A DNA stretch of 64,000 nucleotides from Auanema rhodensis. Lineage: Eukaryota > Animalia > Nematoda. Positions 11,584 to 27,027 of this stretch are shown here, one piece after another; position 1 is the stretch's first letter; every line of letters begins with the position of its first letter. A program made the translations under genes and the position numbers. The notes beneath the pieces were generated by a model. The model saw only the letters and a list, made by a program, of their open reading frames with translations. It was not told the DNA's origin and made no database searches. The stretch is taken from NCBI GenBank assembly GCA_964057225.1, contig OZ059895.1, positions 2,666,001 to 2,730,000 of the forward strand. The letters run 5' to 3'.

Positions 11584-14500
11584 ACTGATATAAGTTCACA
11601 CTTATATACTCGATTTTCACCCTGAAGAATTAATTTTTTCGTTGAATAACATTGTCCATCGTCTTTGCCTTGAAAAAAGGAATCTAAAAACATCTACTTT
11701 TTGCTAAATTATCATGAAATTTTTCGAAAAAATTTTTGTCAAAATGTTTTTGGAAGCAATGTTGAGTGTACATGGAAACTCAACATACACTTATGCATCA
11801 TTTTTCGAACAATCATAACTAATTTTTGTATTGAGCGTTTCTCAATGTAGTATAGTGCATCCGATGCGGATTTTTAAGCTGCGTCGATCTGTGTTATCAG
11901 ATTTGCGCTAGCTTAAAAATGCACCGAGATATCAACTGATATAAGTTCACACTTATATCCTCGATTTTCACCCTGAAGATTTAATTTTTTCGTTGAATAA
12001 CATTGTCCATCGTCTTCGCCTTGAAAAAAGGAATCTAAAAACATCTACTTTTTGCTAAATTATTTTGAAATTTTTCGAAAAAATTTTTGTCAAAATGTTT
12101 TTGGAAGCAATGTTGAGTGTACATGGAAACTCAACATACACTTATGCATCATTTTTCGAACAATCATAACTAATTTTTGTATTAAGCGTTTCTCAATGTA
12201 GTATAGTGCATTCGATGCGGATTTTTAAGCTGCGTCGATCTGTGTTATCAGATTTGCGCTAGCTTAAAAATGCACCGAGATATCAACTGATATAAGTTCA
12301 CACTTATATCCTCGATTTTCACCCTGAAGAATTAATTTTTTCGTTGAATAACATTGTCCATCGTCTTTGCCTTGAAAAAAGGAATCTAAAAACATCTACT
12401 TTTTGCTAAATTATTTTGAAATTTTTCGAAAAAATTTTTGTCAAAATGTTTTTGGAAGCAATGTTGAGTGTACATGGAAACTCAACATACACTTATGCAT
12501 CATTTTTCAAACAATCATAACTAATTTTTGTATTAAGCGTTTCTCAACGTAGTAGAGTGCATTCGATGCGGATTTTTAAGCTGCGTCGATCTGTGTAATC
12601 AGATTTGCGCTAGCTTAAAAATGCACCGAGATATCAACTGATATAAGTTCACACTTATATCCTCGATTTTCACCCTGAAGAATTAATTGTTTTGTTGAAT
12701 AACATTGTCCATCGTCTTTGCCTTGAAAAAAGGAATCTAAAAACATCTACTTTTTGCTAAATTATTTTGAAATTTTTCGAAAAAATTTTTGTCAAAATGT
12801 TTTTGGAAGCAATGTTAAGTGTACATGGAAACTCAACATACACTTATGCATCATTTTTCAAACAATCATAACTAATTTTTGTATTAAGCGTTTCTCAACG
12901 TAGTAGAGTGCATTCGATGCGGATTTTTAAGCTGCGTCGATCTGTGTTATCAGATTTGCGCTAGCTTAAAAATGCACCGAGATATCAACTGATATAAGTT
13001 CACACTTATATCCTCGATTTTCACCCTGAAGAATTAATTTTTTCGTTGAATAACATTGTCCATCGTCTTTGCCTTGAAAAAAGGAATCTAAAAACATCTA
13101 CTTTTTGCTAAATTATTTTGAAATTTTTCGAAAAAATTTTTGTCAAAATGTTTTTGGAAGCAATGTTGAGTGTACATGGAAACTCAACATACACTTATGC
13201 ATCATTTTTCAAACAATCATAACTAATTTTTGTATTAAGCGTTTCTCAACGTAGTAGAGTGCATTCGATGCGGATTTTTAAGCTGCGTCGATCTGTGTTA
13301 TCAGATTTGCGCTAGCTTAAAAATGCACCGAGATATCAACTGATATAAGTACACACTTATATCCTCGATTTTCACCCTGAAGAATTAATTGTTTCGTTGA
13401 ATAACATTGTCCATCGTCTTTGCCTTACAAAAAGGAATCTAAAAACATCTACTTTTTGCTAAATTATTTTGAAATTTTTCGAAAAAATTTTTGTCAAAAT
13501 GTTTTTGGAAGCAATGTTGAGTGTACATGGAAACTCAACATACACTTATGCATCATTTTTCAAACAATCATAACTAATTTTTGTATTAAGTGTTTCTCAA
13601 CGTAGTAGAGTGCATTCGATGCGGATTTTTAAGCTGCGTCGATCTGTGTTATCAGATTTGCGCTAGCTTAAAAATGCACCGAGATATCAACTGATATAAG
13701 TTCACACTTATATCCTCGATTTTCACCCTGAAGAATTAATTGTTTCGTTGAATAACATTGTCCATCGTCTTTGCCTTACAAAAAGGAATCTAAAAACATC
13801 TACTTTTTGCTAAATTATTTTGAAATTTTTCGAAAAAATTTTTGTCAAAATGTTTTTGGAAGCAATGTTGAGTGTACATGGAAACTCAACATACACTTAT
13901 GCATCATTTTTCAAACAATCATAACTAATTTTTGTATTAAGCGTTTCTCAACGTAGTAGAGTGCATTCGATGCGGAATTTTAAGCTGCGTCGATCTGTGT
14001 TATCAGATTTGCGCTAGCTTAAAAATGCACCGAGATATCAACTGATATAAGTTCACACTTATATCCTCGATTTTCACCCTGAAGAATTAATTTTTTCGTT
14101 GAATAACATTGTCCACCGTCTTCGCCTTGAAAAAAGGAATCTAAAAACATCTACTTTTTGCTAAATTATTTTGAAATGTTTCGAAAAAATTTTTGTCAAA
14201 ATGTTTTTGGAAGCAATGTTGAGTTTACATGGAAACTCAACATACACTAATGCATCATTTTTCAAACAATCATAACTAATTTTTGTATTAAGCGTTTCTC
14301 GATGTAGTATAGTGCATTCGATGCGGATTTTTAAGCTGCGTCGATTTGTGTTATCAGATTTGCGCTAGCTTAAAAATGCACCGAGATATCAACTGATATA
14401 AGTTCACACTTATATACTCGATTTTCACCCTGAAGAATTAATTTTTTCGTTGAATAACATTGTCCATCGTCTTTGCCTTGAAAAAAGGAATCTAAAAACA

Positions 14501-17500
14501 TCTACTTTTTGCTAAATTATTTAGAAATTTTTCGAAAAAATTTTTGTCAAAATGTTTTTGGAAGCAATGTTGAGTGTACATGGAAACTCAACATACACTT
14601 ATGCATCATTTTTCAAACAATCATAACTAATTTTTGTATTAAGCGTTTCTCAACGTAGTAGAGTGCATTCGATGCGGATTTTTAAGCTGCGTCGATCTGT
14701 GTTATCAGATTTGCGCTAGCTTAAAAATGCACCGAGATATCAACTGATATAAGTTCACACTTATATCCTCGATTTTCACCCTGAAGAATTAATTGTTTCG
14801 TTGAATAACATTGTCCATCGTCTTTGCCTTGAAAAAAGGAATCTAAAAACAACTACTTTTTGCTAAATTATTTTGAAATTTTTCGAAAAAATTTTTGTCA
14901 AAATGTTTTTGGAAGCAATGTTGAGTGTACATGGAAACTCAACATACACTTATGCATCATTTTTCAAACAATCATAACTAATTTTTGTATTAAGCGTTTC
15001 TCAACGTAGTAGAGTGCATTCGATGCGGATTTTTAAGCTGCGTCGATCTGTGTTATCAGATTTGCGCTAGCTTAAAAATGCACCGAGATATCAACTGATA
15101 TAAGTTCACACTTATATCCTCGATTTTCACCCTGAAGAATTAATTTTTTCGTTGAACAACATTGTCCACCGTCTTCGCCTTGGAAAAAGGAATCTAAAAA
15201 CATCTACTTTTTGCTAAATTATTTTGAAATGTTTCGAAAAAATTTTTGTCAAAATGTTTTCGGAAGCAATGTTGAGTTTACATGGAAACTCAACATACAC
15301 TAATGCATCATTTTTCAAACGATCATAACTAATTTTTGTATTAAGCGTTTCTCAATGTAGTATAGTGCATTCGATGCGGATTTTTAAGCTGCGTCGATTT
15401 GTGTTATCAGATTTGCGCTAGCTTAAAAATGCACCGAGATATCAACTGATATAAGTTCACACTTATATCCTCGATTTTCACCCTGAAGAATTAATTGTTT
15501 CGTTGAATAACATTGTCCATCGTCTTTGCCTTGAAAAAAAGAATCTAAAAACATCTACTTTTTGCTAAATTATTTTGAAATTTTTCGAAAAAATTTTTGT
15601 CAAAATGTTTTTGGAAGCAATGTTGAGTGTACATGGAAACTCAACATACACTTATGCATCATTTTTCAAACAATCATAACTAATTTTTGTATTAAGCGTT
15701 TCTCAACGTAGTAGAGTGCATTCGATGCGGATTTTTAAGCTGCGTCGATCTGTGTTATCAGATTTGCGCTAGCTTAAAAATGCACCGAGATATCAACTGA
15801 TATAAGTTCACACTTATATCCTCGATTTTCACCCTGAAGAATTAATTTTTTCGTTGAATAACATTGTCCACCGTCTTCGCCTTGAAAAAAGGAATCTAAA
15901 AACATCTACTTTTTGCTAAATTATTTTGAAATGTTTCGAAAAAATTTTTGTCAAAATGTTTTTGGAAGCAATGTTGAGTTTACATGGAAACTCAACATAC
16001 ACTAATGCATCATTTTTCAAACGATTATAACTAATTTTTGTATTAAGCGTTTCTCAATGTAGTATAGTGCATTCGATGCGGATTTTTAAGCTGCGTCGAT
16101 TTGTGTTATCAGATTTGCGCTAGCTTAAAAATGCACCGAGATATCAACTGATATAAGTTCACACTTATATACTCGATTTTCACCCTGAAGAATTAATTTT
16201 TTCGTTGAATAACATTGTCCATCGTCTTTGCCTTGAAAAAAGGAATCTAAAAACATCTACTTTTTGCTAAATTATTTTGAAATTTTTCGAAAAAATTTTT
16301 GTCAAAATGTTTTTGGAAGCAATGTTGAGTGTACATGGAAACTCAACATACACTTATGCATCATTTTTCAAACAATCATAACTAATTTTTGTATTAAGCG
16401 TTTCTCAACGTAGTAGAGTGCATTCGATGCGGATTTTTAAGCTGCGTCGATCTGTGTTATCAGATTTGCGCTAGCTTAAAAATGCACCGAGATATCAACT
16501 GATATAAGTTCACACTTATATCCTCGATTTTCACCCTGAAAAATTAATTTTTTCGTTGAATAACATTGTCCATCGTCTTTGCCTTGAAAAAAGGAATCTA
16601 AAAACATCTACTTTTTGCTAAATTATTTTGAAATTTTTCGAAAAAATTTTTGTCAAAATGTTTTTGGAAGCAATGTTGAGTGTACATGGAAACTCAACAT
16701 ACACTTATGCATCATTTTTCAAACAATCATAACTAATTTTTGTATTAAGCGTTTCTCAACGTAGTAGAGTGCATTCGATGCGGATTTTTAAGCTGCGTCG
16801 ATCTGTGTTATCAGATTTGCGCTAGCTTAAAAATGCACCGAGATATCAACTGATATAAGTTCACACTTATATCCTCGATTTTCACCCTGAAAAATTAATT
16901 TTTTCGTTGAATAACATTGTCCATCGTCTTTGCCTTGAAAAAAGGAATCTAAAAACATCTACTTTTTGCTAAATTATTTTGAAATTTTTCGAAAAAATTT
17001 TTGTCAAAATGTTTTTGGAAGCAATGTTGAGTGTACATGGAAACTCAACATACACTTATGCATCATTTTTCAAACAATCATAACTAATTTTTGTATTAAG
17101 CGTTTCTCAACGTAGTAGAGTGCATTCGATGCGGATTTTTAAGCTGCGTCGATCTGTGTTATCAGATTTGCGCTAGCTTAAAAATGCACCGAGATATCAA
17201 CTGATATAAGTTCACACTTATATCCTCGATTTTCACCCTGAAGAATTAATTGTTTCGTTGAATAACATTGTCCATCGTCTTTGCCTTGAAAAAAGGAATC
17301 TAAAAACATCTACTTTTTGCTAAATTATTTTGAAATTTTTCGAAAAAATTTTTGTCAAAATGTTTTTGGAAGCAATGTTGAGTGTACATGGAAACTCAAC
17401 ATACACTTATGCATCATTTTTCAAACAATCATAACTAATTTTTGTATTAAGCGTTTCTCAACGTAGTAGAGTGCATTCGATGCGGATTTTTAAGCTGCGT

Positions 17501-20500
17501 CGATCTGTGTTATCAGATTTGCGCTAGCTTAAAAATGCACCGAGATATCAACTGATATAAGTTCACACTTATATCCTCGATTTTCACCCTGAAGAATCAA
17601 TTTTTTCGTTGAATAACATTGTCCACCGTCTTCGCCTTGAAAAAAGGAATCTAAAAACATCTACTTTTTGCTAAATTATTTTGAAATGTTTCGAAAAAAT
17701 TTTTGTCAAAATGTTTTTGGAAGCAATGTTGAGTTTACATGGAAACTCAACATACACTTATGCATCATTTTTCAAACAATCATAACTAATTTTTGTATTA
17801 AGCGTTTCTCAACGTAGTAGAGTGCATTCGATGCGGATTTTTAAGCTGCGTCGATCTGTGTTATCAGATTTGCGCTAGCTTAAAAATGCACCGAGATATC
17901 AACTGATATAAGTTCACACTTATATCCTCGATTTTCACCCTGAAGAATTAATTTTTTCGTTGAATAACATTGTCCACCGTCTTCGCCTTGAAAAAAGGAA
18001 TCTAAAAACATCTACTTTTTGCTAAATTATTTTGAAATGTTTCGAAAAAATTTTTGTCAAAATGTTTTTGGAAGCAATGTTGAGTTTACATGGAAACTCA
18101 ACATACACTAATGCATCATTTTTCAAACGATCATAACTAATTTTTGTATTAAGCGTTTCTCAATGTAGTATAGTGCATTCGATGCGGATTTTTAAGCTGC
18201 GTCGATTTGTGTTATCAGATTTGCGCTAGCTGAAAAATGCACCGAGATATCAACTGATATAAGTTCACACTTATATCCTCGATTTTCACCCTGAAGAATT
18301 AATTTTTTCGTTGAATAACATTGTCCATCGTCTTTGCCTTGAAAAAAGGAATCTAAAAACATCTACTTTTTGCTAAATTATTTTGAAATTTTTCGAAAAA
18401 ATTTTTGTCAAAATGTTTTTGGAAGCAATGTTGAGTGTACATGGAAACTCAACATACACTTATGCATCATTTTTCAAACAATCATAACTAATTTTTGTAT
18501 TATGCGTTTCTCAACGTAGTAGAGTGCATTCGATGCGGATTTTTAAGCTGCGTCGATTTGTGTTATCAGATTTGCGCTAGCTTAAAAATGCACCGAGATA
18601 TCAACTGATATAAGTTCACACTTATATCCTCGATTTTCACCCTGAAGAATTAATTTTTTCGTTGAATAACATTGTCCATCGTCTTTGCCTTGAAAAAAGG
18701 AATCTAAAAACATCTACTTTTTGCTAAATTATTTTGAAATTTTTCGAAAAAATTTTTGTCAAAATGTTTTTGGAAGCAATGTTGAGTGTACATGGAAACT
18801 CAACTTACACTTATGCATCATTTTTCAAACAATCATAACTAATTTTTGTATTAAGCGTTTCTCAACGTAGTAGAGTGCATTCGATGCGGATTTTTAAGCT
18901 GCGTCGATCTGTGTTATCAGATTTGCGCTAGCTTAAAAATGCACCGAGATATCAACTGATATAAGTTCACACTTATATCCTCGATTTTCACCCTGAAGAA
19001 TTAATTGTTTCGTTGAATAACATTGTCCATCGTCTTTGCCTTGAAAAAAGGAATCTAAAAACATCTACTTTTTGCTAAATTATTTTGAAATTTTTCGAAA
19101 AAATTTTTGTCAAAATGTTTTTGGAAGCAATGTTGAGTTTACATGGAAACTCAACATACACTTATGCATCATTTTTCAAACAATCATAACTAATTTTTGT
19201 ATTAAGCGTTTCTCAATGTAGTATAGTGCATTCGATGCGGATTTTTAAGCTGCGTCGATTTGTGTTATCAGATTTGCGCTAGCTTAAAAATGCACCGAGA
19301 TATCAACTGATATAAGTTCACACTTATATCCTCGATTTTCACCCTGAAGAATTAATTTTTTCGTTGAATAACATTGTCCATCGTCTTTGCCTTGAAAAAA
19401 GGAATCTAAAAACATCTACTTTTTGCTAAATTATTTTGAAATGTTTCGAAAAAATTTTTGTCAAAATGTTTTTGGAAGCAATGTTGAGTTTACATGGAAA
19501 CTCAACATACACTAATGCATCATTTTTCAAACGATCATAACTAATTTTTGTATTAAGCGTTTCTCAATGTAGTATAGTGCATTCGATGCGGATTTTTAAG
19601 CTGCGTCGATTTGTGTTATCAGATTTGCGCTAGCTTAAAAATGCACCGAGATATCAACTGATATAAGTTCACACTTATATCCTCGATTTTCACCCTGAAG
19701 AATTAATTTTTTCGTTGAATAACATTGTCCACCGTCTTCGCCTTGAAAAAAGGAATCTAAAAACATCTACTTTTTGCTAAATTATTTTGAAATTTTTCGA
19801 AAAAATTTTTGTCAAAATGTTTTTGGAAGCAATGTTGAGTGTACATGGAAACTCAACATACACTTATGCATCATTTTTCAAACAATCATAACTAATTTTT
19901 GTATTAAGCGTTTCTCAACGTAGTAGAGTGCATTCGATGCGGATTTTTAAGCTGCGTCGATCTGTGTTATCAGATTTGCGCTAGCTTAAAAATGCACCGA
20001 GATATCAACTGATATAAGTTCACACTTATATCCTCGATTTTCACCCTGAAGAATTGATTTTTTCGTTGAATAACATTGTCCACCGTCTTCGCCTTGAAAA
20101 AAGGAATCTAAAAACATCTACTTTTTGCTAAATTATTTTGAAATGTTTCGAAAAAATTTTTGTCAAAATGTTTTTGGAAGCAATGTTGAGTTTACATGGA
20201 AACTCAACATACACTAATGCATCATTTTTCAAACGATCATAACTAATTTTTGTATTAAGCGTTTCTCAATGTAGTATAGTGCATTCGATGCGGATTTTTA
20301 AGCTGCGTCGATTTGTGTTATCAGATTTGCGCTAGCTTAAAAATGCACCGAGATATCAACTGATATAAGTTTACACTTATATCCTCGATTTTCACCCTGA
20401 AGAATTAATTTTTTCGTTGAATAACATTGTCCACCGTCTTCGCCTTGAAAAAAGGAATCTAAAAACATCTACTTTTTGCTAAATTATTTTGAAATTTTTC

Positions 20501-20539
20501 GAAAAAATTTTTGTCAAAATGTTTTTGGAAGCAATGTTG

Positions 20540-23500
20540 AGTTTACATTGAAACTCAACATACACTAATGCATCATTTTTCAAACGATCATAACTAATTT
20601 TTGTATTAAGCGTTTCTCAATGTAGTATAGTGCATTCGATGCGGATTTTTAAGCTGCGTCGATTTGTGTTATCAGATTTGCGCTAGCTTAAAAATGCACC
20701 GAGATATCAACTGATATAAGTTCACACTTATATCCTCGATTTTCACCCTGAAGAATTAATTTTTTCGTTGAATAACATTGTCCATCGTCTTTGCCTTGAA
20801 AAAAGGAATCTAAAAACATCTACTTTTTGCTAAATTATTTTGAAATTTTTCGAAAAAATTTTTGTCAAAATGTTTTTGGAAGCAATGTTGAGTGTACATG
20901 GAAACTCAACATACACTTATGCATCATTTTTCAAACAATCATAACTAATTTTTGTATTAAGCGTTTCTCAACGTAGTAGAGTGCATTCGATGCGGATTTT
21001 TAAGCTGCGTCGATCTGTGTTATCAGATTTGCGCTAGCTTAAAAATGCACCGAGATATCAACTGATATAAGTTCACACTTATATCCTCGATTTTCACCCT
21101 GAATAATTAATTTTTTCGTTGAATAACATTGTCCACCGTCTTCGCCTTGAAAAAAGGAATCTAAAAACATCTACTTTTTGCTAAATTATTTTGAAATTTT
21201 TCGAAAAAATTTTTGTCAAAATGTTTTTGGAAGCAATGTTGAGTGTACATGGAAACTCAACATACACTAATGCATCATTTTTCAAACGATCATAACTAAT
21301 TTTTGTATTGAGCGTTTCTCAATGTAGTATAGTGCATCCGATGCGGATTTTTAAGCTGCGTCGATTTGTGTTATCAGATTTGCGTTAGCTTAAAAATGCA
21401 CCGAGATATCAACTGATATAAGTTCACACTTATATCCTTGATTTTCACCCTGAAGAATTAATTTTTTCGTTGAATAACATTGTCCATCGTCTTCGCCTTG
21501 AAAAAAATAATCTAAAAACATCTACTTTTTGCTAAATTATTTTGAAATTTTTCGAAAAAATTTTTGTCAAAATGTTTTTGGAAGCAATGTTGAGTGTACA
21601 TGGAAACTCAACATACACTAATGCATCATTTTTCAAACGATCATAACTAATTTTTGTATTAAGCGTTTCTCAATGTAGTATAGTGCATTCGATGCGGATT
21701 TTTAAGCTGCGTCGATTTGTGTTATCAGATTTGCGCTAGCTTAAAAATGCACCGAGATATCAAGTGATATAAGTTCACACTTATATCCTCGATTTTCACC
21801 CTGAAGAATTAATTTTTTCGTTGAATAACATTGTCCATCGTCTTCGCCTTGAAAAAAGAAATCTGAAAACATCTACTTTTTGCTAAATTATTTTGAAATT
21901 TTTCGAAAAAATTTTTGTCAAAATGTTTTTGGAAGCAATGTTGAGTGTACATGGAAACTCAACATACACTAATGCATCATTTTTCAAACGATCATAACTA
22001 ATTTTTGTATTAAGCGTTTCTCAATGTAGTATAGTGCATTCGATGCGGATTTTTAAGCTGCGTCGATTTGTGTTATCAGATTTGCGCTAGCTTAAAAATG
22101 CACCGAGATATCAAGTGATATAAGTTCACACTTATATCCTCGATTTTCACCCTGAAGAATTAATTTTTTCGTTGAATAACATTGTCCATCGTCTTCGCCT
22201 TGAAAAAAGAAATCTGAAAACATCTACTTTTTGCTAAATTATTTTCAAATTTTTCGAAAAAATTTTTGTCAAAATGTTTTTGGAAGCAATGTTGAGTTTA
22301 CATTGAAACTCAACATACACTAATGCATCATTTTTCAAACGATCATAACTAATTTTTGTATTAAGCGTTTCTCAATGTAGTATAGTGCATTCGATGCGGA
22401 TTTTTAAGCTGCGTCGATTTGTGTTATCAGATTTGCGCTAGCTTAAAAATGCACCGAGATATCAACTGATATAAGTTCACACTTATATCCTCGATTTTCA
22501 CCCTGAAGAATTAATTTTTTCGTTGAATAACATTGTCCATCGTCTTTGCCTTGAAAAAAGGAATCTAAAAACATCTACTTTTTGCTAAATTATTTTGAAA
22601 TTTTTCGAAAAAATTTTTGTCAAAATGTTTTTGGAAGCAATGTTGAGTGTACATGGAAACTCAACATACACTTATGCATCATTTTTCAAACAATCATAAC
22701 TAATTTTTGTATTAAGCGTTTCTCAACGTAGTAGAGTGCATTCGATGCGGATTTTTAAGCTGCGTCGATCTGTGTTATCAGATTTGCGCTAGCTTAAAAA
22801 TGCACCGAGATATCAACTGATATAAGTTCACACTTATATCCTCGATTTTCACCCTGAAGAATTAATTTTTTCGTTGAATAACATTGTCCACCGTCTTCGC
22901 CTTGAAAAAAGGAATCTAAAAACATCTACTTTTTGCTAAATTATTTTGAAATTTTTCGAAAAAATTTTTGTCAAAATGTTTTTGGAAGCAATGTTGAGTG
23001 TACATGGAAACTCAACATACACTAATGCATCATTTTTCAAACGATCATAACTAATTTTTGTATTGAGCGTTTCTCAATGTAGTATAGTGCATCCGATGCG
23101 GATTTTTAAGCTGCGTCGATTTGTGTTATCAGATTTGCGTTAGCTTAAAAATGCACCGAGATATCAACTGATATAAGTTCACACTTATATCCTTGATTTT
23201 CACCCTGAAGAATTAATTTTTTCGTTGAATAACATTGTCCATCGTCTTCGCCTTGAAAAAAATAATCTAAAAACATCTACTTTTTGCTAAATTATTTTGA
23301 AATTTTTCGAAAAAATTTTTGTCAAAATGTTTTTGGAAGCAATGTTGAGTGTACATGGAAACTCAACATACACTAATGCATCATTTTTCAAACGATCATA
23401 ACTAATTTTTGTATTAAGCGTTTCTCAATGTAGTATAGTGCATTCGATGCGGATTTTTAAGCTGCGTCGATTTGTGTTATCAGATTTGCGCTAGCTTAAA

Positions 23501-24050
23501 AATGCACCGAGATATCAAGTGATATAAGTTCACACTTATATCCTCGATTTTCACCCTGAAGAATTAATTTTTTCGTTGAATAACATTGTCCATCGTCTTC
23601 GCCTTGAAAAAAGAAATCTGAAAACATCTACTTTTTGCTAAATTATTTTGAAATTTTTCGAAAAAATTTTTGTCAAAATGTTTTTGGAAGCAATGTTGAG
23701 TGTACATGGAAACTCAACATACACTAATGCATCATTTTTCAAACGATCATAACTAATTTTTGTATTAAGCGTTTCTCAATGTAGTATAGTGCATTCGATG
23801 CGGATTTTTAAGCTGCGTCGATTTGTGTTATCAGATTTGCGCTAGCTTAAAAATGCACCGAGATATCAAGTGATATAAGTTCACACTTATATCCTCGATT
23901 TTCACCCTGAAGAATTAATTTTTTCGTTGAATAACATTGTCCATCGTCTTCGCCTTGAAAAAAGAAATCTGAAAACATCTACTTTTTGCTAAATTATTTT
24001 GAAATTTTTCGAAAAAATTTTTGTCAAAATGTTTTTGGAAGCAATGTTGA
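20540..24050. repeat. 5-monomer (1755-bp) tandem duplication, M59 tail-M64 head vs M64 tail-M69 head
   Basis: Rare TTTACATTG at 20549 and 22304; GCGTTAG followed by CCTTGAT and AAATAATC in M61/62 and M66/67; AAGTGAT with AAGAAATCTG in M63/64 and M68/69. Confidence 0.88.
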
Positions 24051-25623
24051 GTGTACATGGAAACTCAACATACACTAATGCATCATTTTTCAAACGATCA
24101 TAACTAATTTTTGTATTAAGCGTTTCTCAATGTAGTATAGTGCATTCGATGCGGATTTTTAAGCTGCGTCGATTTGTGTTATCAGATTTGCGCTAGCTTA
24201 AAAATGCACCGAGATATCAAGTGATATAAGTTCACACTTATATCCTCGATTTTCACCCTGAAGAATTAATTTTTTCGTTGAATAACATTGTCCATCGTCT
24301 TCGCCTTGAAAAAAGAAATCTGAAAACATCTACTTTTTGCTAAATTATTTTGAAATTTTTCGAAAAAATTTTTGTCAAAATGTTTTTGGAAGCAATGTTG
24401 AGTGTACATGGAAACTCAACATACACTAATGCATCATTTTTCAAACGATCATAACTAATTTTTGTATTAAGCGTTTCTCAATGTAGTATAGTGCATTCGA
24501 TGCGGATTTTTAAGCTGCGTCGATTTGTGTTATCAGATTTGCGCTAGCTTAAAAATGCACCGAGATATCAACTGATATAAGTTCACACTTATATCCTCGA
24601 TTTTCACCCTGAAGAATTAATTTTTTCGTTGAATAACATTGTCCACCGTCTTCGCCTTGAAAAAAGGAATCTAAAAACATCTACTTTTTGCTAAATTATT
24701 TTGAAATTTTTCGAAAAAATTTTTGTCAAAATGTTTTTGGAAGCAATGTTGAGTGTACATGGAAACTCAACATACACTAATGCATCATTTTTCAAACAAT
24801 CATAACTAATTTTTGTATTAAGCGTTTCTCAATGTAGTATATTGCATCCGATGCGGATTTTTAAGCTGCGTCGATCTGTGTTATCAGATTTGCGCTAGCT
24901 TAAAAATGCACCGAGATATCAACTGATATAAGTTCACACTTATATCCTCGATTTTCACCCTGAAGAATTAATTTTTTCGTTGAATAACATTGTCCATCGT
25001 CTTCGCCTTGAAAAAAGGAATCTGAAAACATCTACTTTTTGCTAAATTATTCTGAAATTTTTCGAAAAAATTTTTGTCAAAATGTTTTTGGAAGCAATGT
25101 TGAGTGTACATGGAAACTCAACATACACTAATGCATCATTTTTCAAACGATCATAACTAATTTTTGTATTAAGCGTTTCTCAATGTAGTATAGTGCATTC
25201 GATGCGGATTTTTAAGCTGCGTCGATTTGTGTTATCAGATTTGCGCTAGCTTAAAAATGCACCGAGATATCAACTGATATAAGTTCACACTTATATCCTC
25301 GATTTTCACCCTGAAGAATTAATTTTTTCGTTGAATAACATTGTCCACCGTCTTCGCCTTGAAAAAAGGAATCTAAAAACATCTACTTTTTGCTAAATTA
25401 TTCTGAAATTTTTCGAAAAAATTTTTGTCAAAATGTTTTTGGAAGCAATGTTGAGTGTGCATGGAAACTCAACATACACTAATGCATCATTTTTCAAACG
25501 ATCATAACTAATTTTTGTATTAAGCGTTTCTCAATGTAGTATAGTGCATTCGATGCGGATTTTTAAGCTGCGTCGATTTGTGTTATCAGATTTGCGCTAG
25601 CTTAAAAATGCACCGAGATATCA

Positions 25624-27027
25624 ACTGATATAAGTTCACACTTATATCCTCGATTTTCACCCTGAAGAATTAATTTTTTCGTTGAATAACATTGTCCACC
25701 GTCTTCGCCTTGAAAAAAGGAATCTAAAAACATCTACTTTTTGCTAAATTATTCTGAAATTTTTCGAAAACATTTTTGTCAAAATGTTTTTGGAAGCAAT
25801 GTTGAGTGTACATGGAAACTCAACATACACTAATGCATCATTTTTCAAACAATCATAACTAATTTTTGTATTGAGCGTTTCTCAATGTAGTATATTGCAT
25901 CCGATGCGGATTTTGAAGCTGCGTCGATCTGTGTTATCAGATTTGCGCTAGCTTAAAAATGCACCGAGATATGAACTGATATAAGTTCACACTTATATCC
26001 TCGATTTTCACCCTGAAGAATTAATTTTTTCGTTGAATAACATTGTCCATCGTCTTCGCCTTGAAAAAAGGAATCTGAAAACATCTACTTTTTGCTAAAT
26101 TATTTTGAAATTTTTCGAAAAAATTTTTGTCAAAATGTTTTTGGAAGCAATGTTGAGTGTACATGGAAACTCAACATACACTAATGCATCATTTTTCAAA
26201 CAATCATAACTAATTTTTGTATTAAGCGTTTCTCAATGTAGTATAGTGCATCCGATGCGGATTTTTAAGCTGCGTCGATCTGTGTTATCAGATTTGCGCT
26301 AGCTTAAAAATGCACCGAGATATGAACTGATATAAGTTCACACTTATATCCTCGATTTTCACCCTGAAGAATTAATTTTTTCGTTGAATAACATTGTCCA
26401 CCGTCTTCGCCTTGAAAAAAGGAATCTAAAAACATCTACTTTTTGCTAAATTATTCTGAAATTTTTCGAAAACATTTTTGTCAAAATGTTTTTGGAAGCA
26501 ATGTTGAGTGTACATGGAAACTCAACATACACTAATGCATCATTTTTCAAACAATCATAACTAATTTTTGTATTGAGCGTTTCTCAATGTAGTATATTGC
26601 ATCCGATGCGGATTTTGAAGCTGCGTCGATCTGTGTTATCAGATTTGCGCTAGCTTAAAAATGCACCGAGATATGAACTGATATAAGTTCACACTTATAT
26701 CCTCGATTTTCACCCTGAAGAATTAATTTTTTCGTTGAATAACATTGTCCATCGTCTTCGCCTTGAAAAAAGGAATCTGAAAACATCTACTTTTTGCTAA
26801 ATTATTTTGAAATTTTTCGAAAAAATTTTTGTCAAAATGTTTTTGGAAACAATGTTGAGTGTACATGGAAACTCAACATACACTAATGCATCATTTTTCA
26901 AACAATCATAACTAATTTTTGTATTAAGCGTTTCTCAATGTAGTATAGTGCATCCGATGCGGATTTTTAAGCTGCGTCGATCTGTGTTATCAGATTTGCG
27001 CTAGCTTAAAAATGCACCGAGATATGA
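25624..27027. repeat. Dimeric (702-bp) higher-order repeat, 2 copies (M74-75, M76-77)
   Basis: M74 and M76 share AAAACATTT, TATATTGC, TTTTGAAG and 250G; M75 and M77 share CTGAAAA and 278C. Confidence 0.88.

Noticed and set aside
13420-13956. Two 61-aa plus-strand ORFs (MPYKKESKNIYF...)
   Set aside because: They start at TTG, lie inside satellite monomers and exist only because a GA-to-AC change removes a TGA in M39 and M40. The F/K/N/I-rich composition reflects AT-rich DNA.
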